Below are positions 28,540 to 57,084 of a stretch of 64,000 nt of DNA, piece by piece (the first letter of the stretch is position 1; every line of letters begins with the position of its first letter). Below the pieces are notes generated by a model that had not been told where the DNA came from, searched no databases, and saw only the letters and a program-made list of their open reading frames with translations. The stretch spans positions 873,047 through 937,046 of the forward strand of contig JAWQFM010000027.1 in the NCBI GenBank assembly GCA_033442325.1. The letters run 5' to 3'. The position numbers and the translations under genes are program-made. Source of the stretch: Salpingoeca rosetta (taxonomy: Eukaryota > Protista > Choanoflagellata).

Positions 28540-31500
28540 CCACCGGTGCATCTGGTCCAGACTGTGGATGAAGGCCATGCCACTGGCAACGTCACGTAGC
28601 AGTCGCAGCTTCAGGTCCCAGACAGTCATGGTGGCAAGTTCACTCTCGTGGGGGTGGTGGGTGCTCTGAGCTGTGGTGTCCATCAGCGGACCTGCGTCAA
28701 AGGCATGGCTGCCCTCTTTGCTCTGCGTCGCCCTCACCTCCCTCAACACCTGTTCCATGTCCTTCCCCAACAGATCTTTCAGTGATCCCATCGCCACATA
28801 CTCCAGCACCAGGAACGGGCTGCCGTTGGGGTCTGTGCCCGCGCCAAAGAACCGCACCACGTTCGGGTGCCGTGTCTTCTGCAGGAACTCCACCTCCTTC
28901 TCAAACTCAATCACGGTGTGTTCATCCAGCGCCATGACGGCTTGCTGCAGCACCTTCACCGCAACCGTCACCGTGTCCCATTTGGCCTTGAACACGGCAC
29001 CAAACGAGCCCGCAGCAACACGCTTCACAATGTGCAGCTCATCGTACTCAATCTCCCACGCCCTCTTCAGCGCCATCACCTCTTCGTCCTTCTCCGACAG
29101 CAGCTGCTGGTGCTTGATCTTGCTCTTCCAGTAGCGGCGGTAGAGCCACAGCACCACGGGCACCAGGATGGCCAGTCCACCCACCAGGGACCCGCCCACA
29201 ATCGCAGCAATGTTGGGGCCCTTTGGCTCGCACACGTTGTTCGAGTTGAGCCGGTATCCCTGCGAGCAGCCGCACTGGAACGAGTACACCACCTGCAGGC
29301 CGACGTTGAGGTCCTCCTCGTGTCGCAGCTCCTTCGTCTGCAGCTCAATCGTGCACTCGACAGGCGTGTCCCGCAGCTGCAGCACGGGGGGCGTTGACCG
29401 CGACCGCACGGGCCCAAAGGCCAGCGACACAAATGTTGTGTCAGAGAGGGCCACGAGCTCGCCGGCAAACCGGGCCAGCTCGCCCGGCTGGTCCAGCCAC
29501 GCGTTGCCAGAAGCATCGAGAACGTCCACGCGCACGAGGCAGTTGCCCAGGGCACGTGCAGCCTGGATGGTACGGAACAGCTCGCTGGGCATGTTGCGCG
29601 CAAACAGCATCCTGAACCCCCACCTGCGGCACAAGGCGACGCTGGGGCGGAGGTAGGTGCTGCTCATGTCGAGCACAGCAACGGAGGGCACGACAATCTC
29701 CGTGAGGGAGGGGCAGCTGGACACGTTGAGCTCGGACAGGGCGTTGTGGATGGTCACCGTTTGCAGGTGCTCGTTGTTCTGCAGGAACACGGCGTCAAAC
29801 GTCTTGGTTGGGCACAGGTCGATGGAGGTAAACCCCGTGCGGGTGAGCGCCAGCTCGCGCACGTTGTCTGCGAGGAGATCACACACTTGGTCGACTACGG
29901 GGCTGACGGAGGCATCGAGGCCCGGCCAGCCAATGTGCAGCGACTCGAGGCTCAGCACGGCGAGCGCTTGCAGCTGGTTGATGATGGGCGTGGCGTCCAC
30001 GTTGATGAGGCGGAGGGTGCGGAGGAGTGGTGGGCGGCTGCGCTGCGGCAGCTGGCTCGCGTCAAACTGGGCAACGGAGCGGATGTGCGGTGCCGCGTCC
30101 AGCTCCAGCGTGCCAATGAGGGTGAGGGAGAGCACGGGGGTGAGGTCGAGGGCGGTGATGTGGTGGTTGCGCAGGCGCAGCGTGGTGAGGTAGGGCAGCC
30201 TGGTCACGTTTGGCAGGTGGGTGATGGGGTTGTTGCTGAGGACGAGGTGGAAGAGTTGTGGCAGGTCAAACGGCGGGAAGCGGGTGAGCCGGTTGCTGTC
30301 CATGTCAAGCATCTCCAGCAGGGGCGTGTCTGCAAACACGCCCTCGATGGAGGTGATGGCGTTGTTGGAGAACACGGCGCGCGCCATCTGCCGGTTGTGT
30401 TTGAAGATGGTTGGCTGCAGCGCGGTCAGGCGGTTGCTGTCTGCCAGCACCAGGAACAGCGGCTCGCACACATCGAAGAAGTTGGGCGGGAACGAGGCCA
30501 GCGTGTTGTGGCCAATGTCCAGGACCTGGAGGCTCGTCAGCGGCTGTAGCAGCGTGGGCGGCAGCGAGGCGAGCCTGTTCTGCTGCAGGTTGAGCAGCTC
30601 CAGCTGCGAGAGGTGCCGGAAAATGCCTGCAGGCAAGGACGTGATGGCGTTGCCGCGAAGGCGGAGGATTTTGAGGCTGGTGGTGGCGGCAAAGACGTCT
30701 GCGTGGATGGTGGAGAGCAGCATATCCGACGCGTCCAGCGACACCAGCGCGTGCAGATGCGAGAACACGAGCGGGGTGAGGGTCTGCAATGGGTTGCCGC
30801 CGAGACGCAGGTCCTTCAGCTGGTACAGGCCGGAGAGGGCGGACTGGGAGAGCTGGGTGAGGTCGTTGAAGCGGACACTGAGCACGAGGAGGGACTTGAG
30901 GGCCGCAAACGCCGCGTCCTCCACGTGCGTGATGATGTTGTTGTTGAGGAAGAGCGTGTGCAGCAGCGGCATGGAGCTGAAGAGGCGCATGGGCACAGTG
31001 CGAATGCGGTTATGGCCGAGGTTGAGGAATTGCAGCGCCGTCATGCCGGCAAACACATCGTCGGAGACCTGTGGCAGCGAGTTGCCCTCCAGGCTGAACG
31101 TGACCAGCTGTGAAGCGAGCGCAAACCCTGAGGCATCGAGGTCGAGGCTCGGGTTGTTGGCAATCACCAGGCTGGTCACACTGGAGAAGCCGTTGAGCCA
31201 CCTGAGCTCGAACACGCGGAACTCCAATCCCTCAATGTCAAGCAGGGTCACCCGCGTCCAGTCCCCGTTGTCGACGATGAAGCGGAAGGGCTGCTCATGC
31301 ACGCTGCCACTCAACACCAAATCGAAGACGTTGGAGGAGATGGCAAGCACGCGCTGGGGGTCTGCGCCCTCCGGCACCTCAGTTTCGTCCTCGAAGGTGA
31401 TTGTCAGGGAGGCGTTGAAAGGCGGGGGAGGGCATGTGCCGTCCACCACGCTGGAGAATGTGCACGAGCCCACTTTGAGCGGGTCCTCTCTTCGTTGCCG

Positions 31501-32179
31501 CTGCAGGCGTCGCTGGGATGACTGCAACAAGGGGGCGGCGGTCGTGCGCGTGATGGTGGCCGCGGAGGGCACGGACAGTGACGTGGTGGTGGGTTCAGTG
31601 GTGTTGCTGGGCGCACGTGTGGCGCGTGGTCGTGGTGGGGACGCGTGATTGTCCCGTGGTTTTGGAGGCAGAAGCACCTGCGGTTGAACATATTCCTCAT
31701 CGTTGACGGGACAGCCAACCACGTCCATCATGTCTCGAATTGAGGACAGGTCAATCTGCGGTCGTCGTTGCTGTTGTTGTTGCGTGGTGTTGTGCGCGGC
31801 ACCAGCAGCAGCACCTTGAGCATGCAGCGCTGCCATTATCTGCGACAGTGTATCGTCCACTCGGTCGCAGAGGGCGATGGTCTTCGCGCACACAGACGGA
31901 AATGGGGAGAGGGATCGGGGTGAGGGTATGAACAATATGAACAATGGCTCGGAGCACGTGACACAGATGCACATGTACACGCAGCAACAAAGCATGCATG
32001 GGATCACAGAAAACGCAGTTGGTGGTTGTGCGTACTTCGCGAGGGGAGAGCAGGCGCAAAATGGGTGGCGCTGCGATGGGTGGCGCTGCGATGGATGGCG
32101 CTGCATCAGTCCATGGTGGACTGCCAGCGAGCAGCACCGCGACAACAGCCAACGCCATTGCCACAGCAGCTGCCCCCAT
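27406..32179 (-). CDS. LRR transmembrane receptor kinase 2; exons 32036-32179, 28544-31881, 27776-28191, 27406-27545
   Basis: Signal peptide MGAAAVAMALAVVAVLLAGS, LRR array, CGCSQGY...C, TM IAAIVGGSLVGGLAILVPVVLWLY, and a complete kinase motif set. All splice phases are consistent. Confidence 0.93.
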
Positions 32180-32192
32180 GATTGATGACGGC

Positions 32193-32360
<168 letters not shown>

Positions 32361-32632
32361 GTGCGCTCTTCCTTTGCTTCCGCCTTGCTTGGCTCCAACC
32401 CAGCAGATAATGAACATTATTAACATCACAGTGAATTATCTACAACTGATGTCAGTCGTCGTCGTTTACGGTGTGCAGCGATGTTTGAACGCAAAGGAAT
32501 GGACAGAGAGGGAAGGAAGACGAGAGAAGGGGAGAGAGTGTGTGTGAGAAGGAGAGAGAGTGTGTGTGTGTGTGTGAGAAGGAGAGAGAGAGAGAGAAGG
32601 GGGAGGGGGCAACTGGTATGTTTGTGTACTAG

Positions 32633-42429
<9,797 letters not shown>

Positions 42430-43107
42430 GGACGAATGTATCGGGCTTTGCGGATCAGGGGCCTTGTGGCACCAAACAAAGAGAGGATAGGAGAACGCGG
42501 TGTTAGCGATCGAAGGACTAGGGGGGGGGGGAGGACCGCGTCAGCATCGCCGAGTGCACAGAAAAAGGGCCCACACAAGCACAGTCAAGCACAGTCAAGC
42601 ACGGCCAAACACCTTCACACACACACACACACACACTTTCACACACGAGGCCGGATTGACAGTGTTCTTACCACTCGTGTGGACCTGCTGTTGCCACACC
42701 CGAGAACAGAGCAGGGCGAAGGGCACCTGGGTATGGTGGAGGAAGGGTGGCGAAGGCGGCCACACAATCACACCTGCCACGCACGCACACACGCTCACAA
42801 AGGTGGTGCCGCGACCAGCAGTGTCAAGACAAAGCAATTCAGCACCCTGTGGAGGCAGGACGCGTGACGCTCGAGGAACGGGCGATGCCACCCAGACAAC
42901 CGCGAGCGAGCGAGGCAGGCGCAGGAAGGTGGCAGCAAGCAAGCAAGGGTGATGTGGGTGGTGCGGGTGGCGAGGGTGAGGGTGTGTGTGTTTGGACGGT
43001 TGCGAGTGCTGCAGCTGTCCTTGGCGTTTTTGGGGTTTTCGAGTTTGACCGAGGAATTTCGTCGCATGCGACACCATATTGTGCAGTGACACCGTTTCTT
43101 CTCCTTT

Positions 43108-44552
43108 GATGCTGACGATGACGATGATGATGATGCTGTTTGTGTTACTGTTGCTGGTGCCGGTGGTGGTGGTGCTGGCGCGCCTGCTGTGGAACAAGGC
43201 ACAGGGCAGGTATGTCATGTGTGTATGTGTGTGTGTGTATGTGTATGTGTGTATGTATGTTTGGTTGTGTGTGTGTGAATTGTTCGAAGTCACCGGCTTT
43301 CCATGTCTCATCACACCCATCAACACACACACACACACATGCACACACGCACACACACACACAAACACACATGCACACACACATGCCACAGGAGACGATA
43401 TGTGTGCGTGCTGGTGCTGGGGGACTTGGGAAGGAGCCCGCGCATGCAGTACCATGTGCTGTCGTTGTCAAAGACGGTGGAGCACGTGTTCACGGTGGCC
43501 TACGCCGGCTCACGGCCCGTGGAGGACATTGTCTCTGCACAGAACATCACCTTCGTCGACATCCCAACACCGCCAACTCTTCCACCAGGTGTGAAGCTTT
43601 GCATGTGTGTGTGTGTGCTGTGTGTGTGTGTGCTCTGTTTGGGTGTGTTATGTGTGTGTATGTGTGTATGTGTGTGCGTGTGAAGTCATGTGAGTGTGTG
43701 TGTGAGTTTGTGTTTACATGTGTATGTTGCGTGCAAGGATGCATGCTTGCGCTCACACAGGTACGTGCTCGCCCGTCATTCGCCTTTTCGCTTTCCATCT
43801 CATCCTCATGTGTGTGTGTGTGTGTGTGCAGGGTGGCCGAGGTTGGCGTTTGTTCTGTATGCGCCAGTGAAGGTGGTCCTGCAATCCGTGCAGCTCGTGT
43901 ACTCGCTGCTCTTTCGCATCCCAGCGTGCACGCACCTCCTCATGCAGGTGTGCTGATATCTACGCCTTTACATGTGCCTGTATGTGTGTGTGTGTGTGAT
44001 CGAAAGGTGACATTGGTGCTTGGTGTCTGTGATGCCTGCCTTCCGTGAGGCCTCCTTTCTGTTGTGCGCGCTTTCTGTTTCCTGTGCTCACTCTGTGCTC
44101 CATGTGCATTTGTGTTGTTTGCGCTGCAGAACCCACCGTCCATTCCCGCCATGCCCATTGCCGTGCTGGTCTGCTGGCTCACCGGAACAACGCTCGTCAT
44201 TGACTGGCACAACTACGGTTTGTTTCGAGCGCCGTGTGTGTGTATTGGGTTGCCGTGCATGGTGCCAAGTGTGCAAACAGCACGTAGTGTTTGTCACATA
44301 CATGTGCGCACTCGCACGCACACACACACACACACTCTCTCTCTCTCCCTCCCTCTCTCTCTCTCTCTTTGCACCATTGTGCAGGGTTCAGCATCCTTGC
44401 GCTGAAGCTTGGCAAGCGCCACGTGTTTGTGCGGTTATCGGAGTGGATTGAGCGCACGTTTGGGCGGCTCGGTTCCCGCCATCTCTGCGTCACAGATGCA
44501 ATGGCCCGCGACCTGCGAGACAACTGGGGAATCACGTGCGTCCACGTGTGTG

Positions 44553-44594
<42 letters not shown>

Positions 44595-45169
44595 ATGTGT
44601 GTGTGTGTGTCCATGTGTGTGTGTGTGTGTGTGTGTGTTCGGTTGTGGACGTACGTTCACCTTGTGCTACTGTTTCCCACGTGTCCGTGATACCATCAGG
44701 GCGACAACGCTGCACGACCGCCCGCCGAAATATTTCAAACCAAAGGCGGCCGCCGTCACACACGACCTCTTCATGCGATTCGAACAGGTGGGATGCTGTG
44801 ATGATGTGGTTGTGATGTCGTGATTGTGTTGTGATGTTGAGTGATGTGTTGTGTGGTGTTGAATTGTGTGTTGTGTGGTGTTGAATTGTGTGTTGCGTGG
44901 TGTTGCGTGATGTGTGGTGCATTGCAGTGGTGTTGTTCTCTGTGTATGAGTGATATTGTGTGTGCATGTTGTGTAGCGTGTAACAAACGGCGGTGTCCAT
45001 GCCTCGTGTGTGTGTGATTGCATCAGGACCACAAGCGGCTGCTGGCGCCGTTGCGGAAACGTATTGGTGTCAGTGCAAACCAGACCCTCCTCACAACCAA
45101 AACGTGAGTCACGCTGAGGGAGCGTGCATGTGTGTGTGTGTGTGTGTGTGCATGTGTGTGTGTGTGTGC

Positions 45170-45227
<58 letters not shown>

Positions 45228-45748
45228 NNNNNNNNNNNNNNNNNNNNNNNNNNNNNNNNNNNNNNNNNNNNNNNNNNNNNNNNNNNNNNNNNNNNNNNNN
45301 NNNNNNNNNNNNNNNNNNNNNNNNNNNNNNNNNNNNNNNNNNNNNNNNNNNNNNNNNNNNNNNNNNNNNNNNNNNNNNNNNNNNNNNNNNNNNNNNNNNN
45401 NNNNNNNNNNNNNNNNNNNNNNNNNNNNNNNNNNNNNNNNNNNNNNNNNNNNNNNNNNNNNNNNNNNNNNNNNNNNNNNNNNNNNNNNNNNNNNNNNNNN
45501 NNNNNNNNNNNNNNNNNNNNNNNNNNNNNNNNNNNNNNNNNNNNNNNNNNNNNNNNNNNNNNNNNNNNNNNNNNNNNNNNNNNNNNNNNNNNNNNNNNNN
45601 NNNNNNNNNNNNNNNNNNNNNNNNNNNNNNNNNNNNNNNNNNNNNNNNNNNNNNNNNNNNNNNNNNNNNNNNNNNNNNNNNNNNNNNNNNNNNNNNNNNN
45701 NNNNNNNNNNNNNNNNNNNNNNNNNNNNNNNNNNNNNNNNNNNNNNNN

Positions 45749-45818
<70 letters not shown>

Positions 45819-45961
45819 TTTTGCGCTTTCATGTGTTCAGTGCGTGGGCTGACATTGCTTCCCTGTCTCCATGCCCTGCCTGCTCCCGTTTTCAGGCAAA
45901 GGACCGATGCGAAAGCAGTTTGAAGAGGTGAGAGGCGGATAACAGCGGTGCAGGAACTCTT

Positions 45962-46006
<45 letters not shown>

Positions 46007-46426
46007 ACACACCACACACACACACACACACTTATGTCTTACCACACCCACTCCTCGTCCACACGCAGCGGATTGCATCACTTGCGTTGCACCATGTGAC
46101 GATTGTGACGGCATGGCTGCGAATCGAAGACTATCCACACATGCTCGCGTCAGCAGACATTGGTGTCAGCCTCCACCTCTCCTCATCGGGGCTTGATCTT
46201 CCAATGAAGGTGACCACACAATTGCTTGTTCACGGATGTGTGTGTGTGTGTGTAAAAAGGAAGCACCACGGCGCCTGCACCTCACATTGCTTACTTGCAT
46301 ATTGTCTCCATGCAGGTCGTGGACATGTTTGGCTGCGAGCTGCCCGTGTGCGCTGTGAACTTTCCTTGGTGAGCAATGTACGGGGGAGTTGCCGGCGCTG
46401 TTGTGATGTGCGATGCCTTTGCTGTC

Positions 46427-46468
<42 letters not shown>

Positions 46469-46990
46469 CACTTGCTTGATCGCTCACGCCGCGTGTGTCA
46501 CACGTGCTTCTGCAGCCTGCATGAGCTGGTCAAAGATGGCGAGAATGGCCGCGTCTTTGACACATCGGAGCAGCTTCATCGACAACTCAAGGTGTGTGGG
46601 GGAGTGAGTGAAGGTGTGGACGTGTCTACTGTGGACGTGGGAGTGAAGGGAGTGCTGTGAGTGAGGAACCTTGCACCAACAACACCGACACACACACACA
46701 CACACACACACGCACGCACACACGCACGCACGCACGCACACGCCAACAACACCCACACCCACAATCACCAACAACACCCACACACTCACACACACGCACA
46801 TATGCACGCACACACACGCACGCACGCACACGCACACACACACACACGCACACACACTGTGTAGGAGTTGCTGGCTGGGTTTCCTGAGAGCGCAGAGCTG
46901 AAACGCATGCGTGCAAACTTGTCTGCCTTCACCGCGCGTGGGTGGGATGTGACATGGCGGGAGCGGGCGAGAGACGTGTTCGCGTCCTAA
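43108..46990 (+). CDS. ALG1: Chitobiosyldiphosphodolichol beta-1,4-mannosyltransferase; 13 or more exons, with a gap at 45228-45748
   Basis: N-terminal TM; [16 protein letters not shown]; MQNPPSIP; IDWHNYGFSIL; LHDRPP; [32 protein letters not shown]; ELVKDGENG. Exact start Met is uncertain. Confidence 0.95.
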
Positions 46991-47182
46991 ATTACAATAT
47001 GGTGTCGCTAACGCTTCGTAGAAAAGTGGAAAACACACCAAACAAAATTCCATATCCAGCACCGGCGACCAGTGCACAAACATCCGCTCCACTCTGACTG
47101 TGCGCTCGTCCATCATCTCCGCGCTTCAAACCCTCTCAAACGCCTAAACGCTCGTTGACCTGTTGACTCTTGGCCAGCCATC

Positions 47183-51667
<4,485 letters not shown>

Positions 51668-52086
51668 ATGTGTGCTTGGATGCTGTGTTTGGATGCTGTT
51701 GGTGTTTGCGTTGTTGCTGTTTCACTCTTGTTTGCTTGTCACAACATTGTTATCGTTGCTTCTGTCGCCGTCACTGTTGGTACCTCCGCGTCCTTGCTTG
51801 CTTGCTTGTTGAGTGTATGTATTCATTGAACGACTGTCGCAGAAGGACAAAGGCAACGTGCTTTGCACAACAAAACGCAAATGAACAGCTGAACAGCATG
51901 ACGCGTCAAACAATTGCAAGAGATGGTGCATTGGGTTGTTTGTGTGCTTGTGTAAACATAATGTAACGAGGAGCACAGGGTCAAAAGAAGAAACATGCTC
52001 TGGTCAATCACCCACCATATTGTCGACACTCCCTCCAGCTCAAACCAGCCATTCCATTCCACATTCCATCTTCCAACATGTCACCA

Positions 52087-52299
52087 TCACTTTGACCTCT
52101 TCTTCCCCACGTTTCGCTTTACGGGGCCCATCTCAATTTTGGCAATGCCCTGCAAGCGAACAAGTGCAAGAACAAGAAGTGAGGGCGGTGCGAGTGGTGA
52201 CATCATGTCGCGCAAGCTTGCAACATACGAGCGCAAAGTATCACACACAGACAGACAGACACAGACAGACAGACGCACACACACACACACACACACACT

Positions 52300-52383
<84 letters not shown>

Positions 52384-53621
52384 AGCAAGGTTGGTGTTAC
52401 CTGTCCAAAGTTGAGTGTGGAGAGCGTTTCCGTGATGTTGCTCTCGGCAGGACTGATGTTGACGAACATGCACGTCTTTGCATCTCCCCCAAGGGAGTCC
52501 GCCAACACGTGTGTCAATTTGCTGTTCCGGTACGGGACGTGTTTGCTGTTTGTCGCCAGCGCTGTTGATGGTCGTGCGGCAGTTTGTGGCAACTATGAGT
52601 TTGGGTTTGTTGTCAAACACAATGCAGGACAAGGTGGAAGCCGAAGAGGACGTGTGTGCATGACAACCAATGTGTGCATGTGTGCGTGAAAGGAGACATT
52701 CAGCACAACGTTTTCTTCACGTAAACCCATCACGCATCAGCACATCACGTGTGCGTGGTTTTGTGTCTTGATTGAACCTTGGAAGACGAGACCGAGGGAC
52801 GTGAGACTCTTGTTGATGGCGGCAGCTTCGACCAATCGTGAACCTGAAGAACATTCAAGGTGTATGTGTGTGTGCATGCGCGCGCGTGTGCGTGTGTGTT
52901 TGTGTGTGCGTGAGTTGAACGTGGTGCGCGTGCAGGGAAAAACGCGCGTGTGTGTGTGTGTGTGCGGCCTCGACAGCCCCATATGCGAGCCAGCACGATA
53001 CCTGTTGCTTGGCTCTTTGCGACGCGTTCTGAACCGGCCAGATCACACAGCGTCAGTTTCCCCTGGTTCATCAAGCACAACAGCACCAAAGGAAACGTGA
53101 GCTGTTGTCGGCACTTTGACGGAATGCGCACGTGCGTGCGTGCACGTGCGTGTACGCGTGGGTTTGGGAAGAGCAGTACATGTGTGTTTGCATCACCACA
53201 GTCCACTCACTTCCCAACTCCTTCACGACACATCCCTGTACCTTTGATGTGACGCCTGTGACTCGATTCACGCCGGACACCGTCAGCTGCAGAAGAAGGT
53301 GGCTTCGCGAACTGTGAATGTTCATCGCAGTGGCAGCAACTGCATGCACGTGTGCGCATGTGTGCGCATGTGTGAGTGAGTGTGTGTGTGTGTGAGGGAG
53401 GGACGAGTAGACCACACCAGAAACAGTGCAATGCTTCCCTGCACACCAGAGCACAGCCACTGCTGCTCACCAGTTCTGTTCTGTTCGCCGTCCTCCAGGG
53501 CCTGCATCGTGGCGGTGGCGATGACATCCGAAGTGGAGAACCATGGACGAGTGAGTGACGAGAGCGTGCACGGCAGACGGGCAAACTAATGAACAAGAAA
53601 CAATGTAAGACCCAAGCACAC

Positions 53622-53664
<43 letters not shown>

Positions 53665-53885
53665 CACATGCAACGGAACGGCACCTTTGTGACGTCATCC
53701 ATCTGCTTGACGGGACGAGCGGTCAAATTCTCCACAAATGAATTGCGCGTTTTCTCGTCCATGCGAATACGCAGCGGTTTCTGCACAGCACGGCGTGGTG
53801 GTGGAGGGTAAGGGTGAGGTGAGTGTGTATGTGTATGTGTTTGTATGTGCGTGAGAGAGAGTATGTTTACGTGTGTATGCATATG

Positions 53886-53982
<97 letters not shown>

Positions 53983-55003
53983 ACTGACGTTGTCACCGGC
54001 GAGGAGGTCGAAGATGTTCTCATTGTAAATTTCCATCAGTGAAATCTGCAGCAGACGCCAACAACATGTGGACGTGAGAACGCTGCGTACCTTGTCGCCG
54101 GGCAGGCATGTGCGCACATTAACAAGTATGTACACACGCCACTCAAGCTTCCACACATGCACACACACATGCACACGTCTGCGTTTGCCTGCACGCACCG
54201 ACATCTCGTAGTCGACGTCTTCCGACTTTTCGCAGATGTTGAACAGCTCTCTGATGGCGCGCTGTTGAGCAGTACGCAGAGCAGGGGACAACGTGCAACA
54301 TCCAACGTGTGGGGGGGGGTGTGTGTGTGGAGGGGGAGGGTGAACGCACGTGCGCCTACAAACATGGATGCCCACACGTGCAATGTTCACACACAAATAA
54401 AATTATACCACTTCCATATGACATTTCAACAGACATCCACATGCATGCAGGCAACCATGTCCGCACCCTGTTTACGCCTGGGTTGTCGGGTGTTCCCATC
54501 ATGGTGTAGGTCTTGCCCGAGCCAGTCTGTCCATAAGCTGCACAGAGCATTTACAAGGGCGTGTTCGTGAACTCGTGTGTGACAATGTTTGTGCGGAAAT
54601 GTGATGCGGTTGTGGGTGGAGCATCACAACTTGCATGTCGACCACACACACACACACACACACAGACACACACACACACACACACACACAGACACACACA
54701 CACACACACCCTTTCCTTCCGCAAGCAAGGGCCACTTGCGTCGTACCGAGGAAGCAGACGTTGTAACCATCGACGCACGAGGTGATGATGGGGGAGGTGT
54801 CTTCGTACACCTGCTCCTGCGTTGTCTCCGGTCCATACGCTTTGTCAAACTCAAACATCTGCACACGACAGCGCGTGAGTTGGCGCGACAGACAAAGCGC
54901 GGCTGTCGTTGCATGTTTGTTGTTTGAAGAGCAACGCACGCACACACAAGCACACACACACACGACACAGCACACAAGGACACAGCACACAAGGGCACAC
55001 ATT

Positions 55004-55063
<60 letters not shown>

Positions 55064-56722
55064 ATGTCATCACCGACCTTGGATCCCTTTGTGTGGGGCA
55101 CGATGAGTTCGCTGTCGCTGATAAACTCAATCACGCACGGTACGCGGTCATCAAAGCGGCAGCGGCAGAACACGCGAATGTTGCCTGCAGGCAATAGGCA
55201 CGTCGGGGAACAGGCGTGTGGGGTGGTTGGTTGGTAACGACGACGTACTAGCGGCCTCAGCGAAGGAGGTCACTTCAACACACGAGCAGCCAAACAGAAC
55301 CACAAACAGGATCGCAAACACAGGTACACAGACACAGACACACAGACACACAGGCAGACACAGACACAGACACACAGGCAGACACAGACACACAGACACA
55401 CAGACAGGCACAGACACACAGGCAGACACAGACACAGACACACACACGCACACAACACACCTCTGAGCTCCTGGATCTTGTTGTAGAGGAGTTTGCGTTG
55501 CAGGCATTCCTTCTGGTAGCGGTTTCGCATAATTTCCTCGCCCGAAATCGCCGCCGTGAGTCGCTTCTCTGCCTGTGCATTGTAGATGCTCAACTTGCCA
55601 AGCAGCCGCCGGAAGGCTGATAAAATTGGGGGTTGGGGGTGTGAGTTGGTGAGTGAGTGTGCATGAGTGTGAGTGAGTGAGTGAGAGAGAGACAGAGAGT
55701 GTGTGCATGTGTGAACAAAAACCAGTGAAACAAAAGCGTTTGCATCACGGACAGCCTCCGCACCTTCTGCGCTTGTATGATACTCTTCCTTCAGCAGCGT
55801 GTTCTGTTGCTTGAGCTCCTGGTGGTGCGTAAAATGGCAGACAAGGTGAGATGGAGTGGGGAATGGCGCGCGTGTGCGGTTTGAGAGTCAAATCACCGGC
55901 AAATACACAGAGACACGCAGACACGCAGACACGCAGACACACAGACACAGACACACGCAGCCACACACACACACACACACACACAGATACACAGACAGAC
56001 ACACAGACACACACACGCAGACACACACACACACACACAGACACACACAGACAGACACACACACACACACACACACACAGACACACACACACACGGACAC
56101 TGACCTCGAGAGCAAAGTGGAGTTTGTTATATTTGGCGGAGCTGGTGACCTGCGACTCCTTTAATTGCTGTCGTAATCTCGATTCGCTCTCACGCAACTT
56201 GGCCATCTCCTCACCCTATCATCGTCATCATCATCGTCATTGTCATTGTCATTGGGTGGGTGGATGGATGAATGAATGGATGCATACACGCATGCATGGG
56301 GTGATGGATGAGTGAACAGCAGATGCAGGGTGGTGATTGGATGGAACAAGCAGGTTGCTTCCTCGATTCAAACAAACGAGTATCATGATGACAAACACTC
56401 AAACCCCTGGCAACGCCAACGTCCAGACACGCAGCGTGAACGCAAGTGCGCACCTGTTGCTTGAGGAGGCCTTGCATAGCTTCGTCTTTGCCCTGTTGTG
56501 TCATCTCCAGCTGTGCCTGCAGGCTCTTGATCTTGTCCTCGTAGTGCTGCACATCCTCAGCACTCGGGCCCTTGTGCACGCTCTCCCGCTGATGCAAAGG
56601 AGATAACAGAGAGTGTGTGTATGAGGGAGTGCGTGTGTGTGTGTGCGTGTGTGAGCGTATGTGAGGGAGTGCGTGCGTGCTTGTGTGTGTAAACAAAACC
56701 TTACATGCAAGCAGCGTGACTG

Positions 56723-56780
<58 letters not shown>

Positions 56781-56800
56781 GCAGCAGCAGCAGCAGCAGC

Positions 56801-56835
<35 letters not shown>

Positions 56836-57043
56836 CTACAACAACAAACAAACAACAACAACAACAGCAGCAGCAGCACCTGCGCCTGTTCGAGTTGTTC
56901 CTCCAAGTTGAAGATTCGCGTCGCCTGTCGCTCCACCAACTTGCGGCTGTTCTCAAGCTGATGGCAAATGTGACATGGTACAAGAGTGTGCGCGAGTGAG
57001 TGAGTAAGTGAGTAAGTGAGTGAGCGAGTGAGTGTGTGAGTGA

Positions 57044-57084
<41 letters not shown>

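Noticed and set aside
30221-31648. Long antisense ORFs opposite real genes (also 11789-12814, 8563-9372, 22994-23695)
   Set aside because: Expected shadows of GC-rich coding strands, with no recognisable motifs.
32063-32105. 15-bp tandem repeat; also short tandem units near 60571-60650 and 58700-58790
   Set aside because: Slippage repeats (the first encodes AAP[SP]I) without unique spacers; not CRISPR-like.
27784-32145. Supplied ORF boundaries for the LRR kinases
   Set aside because: They read through introns. The true starts are in upstream signal-peptide exons for copies 1 and 2, and the kinases are completed by splicing, so these are not pseudogenes.
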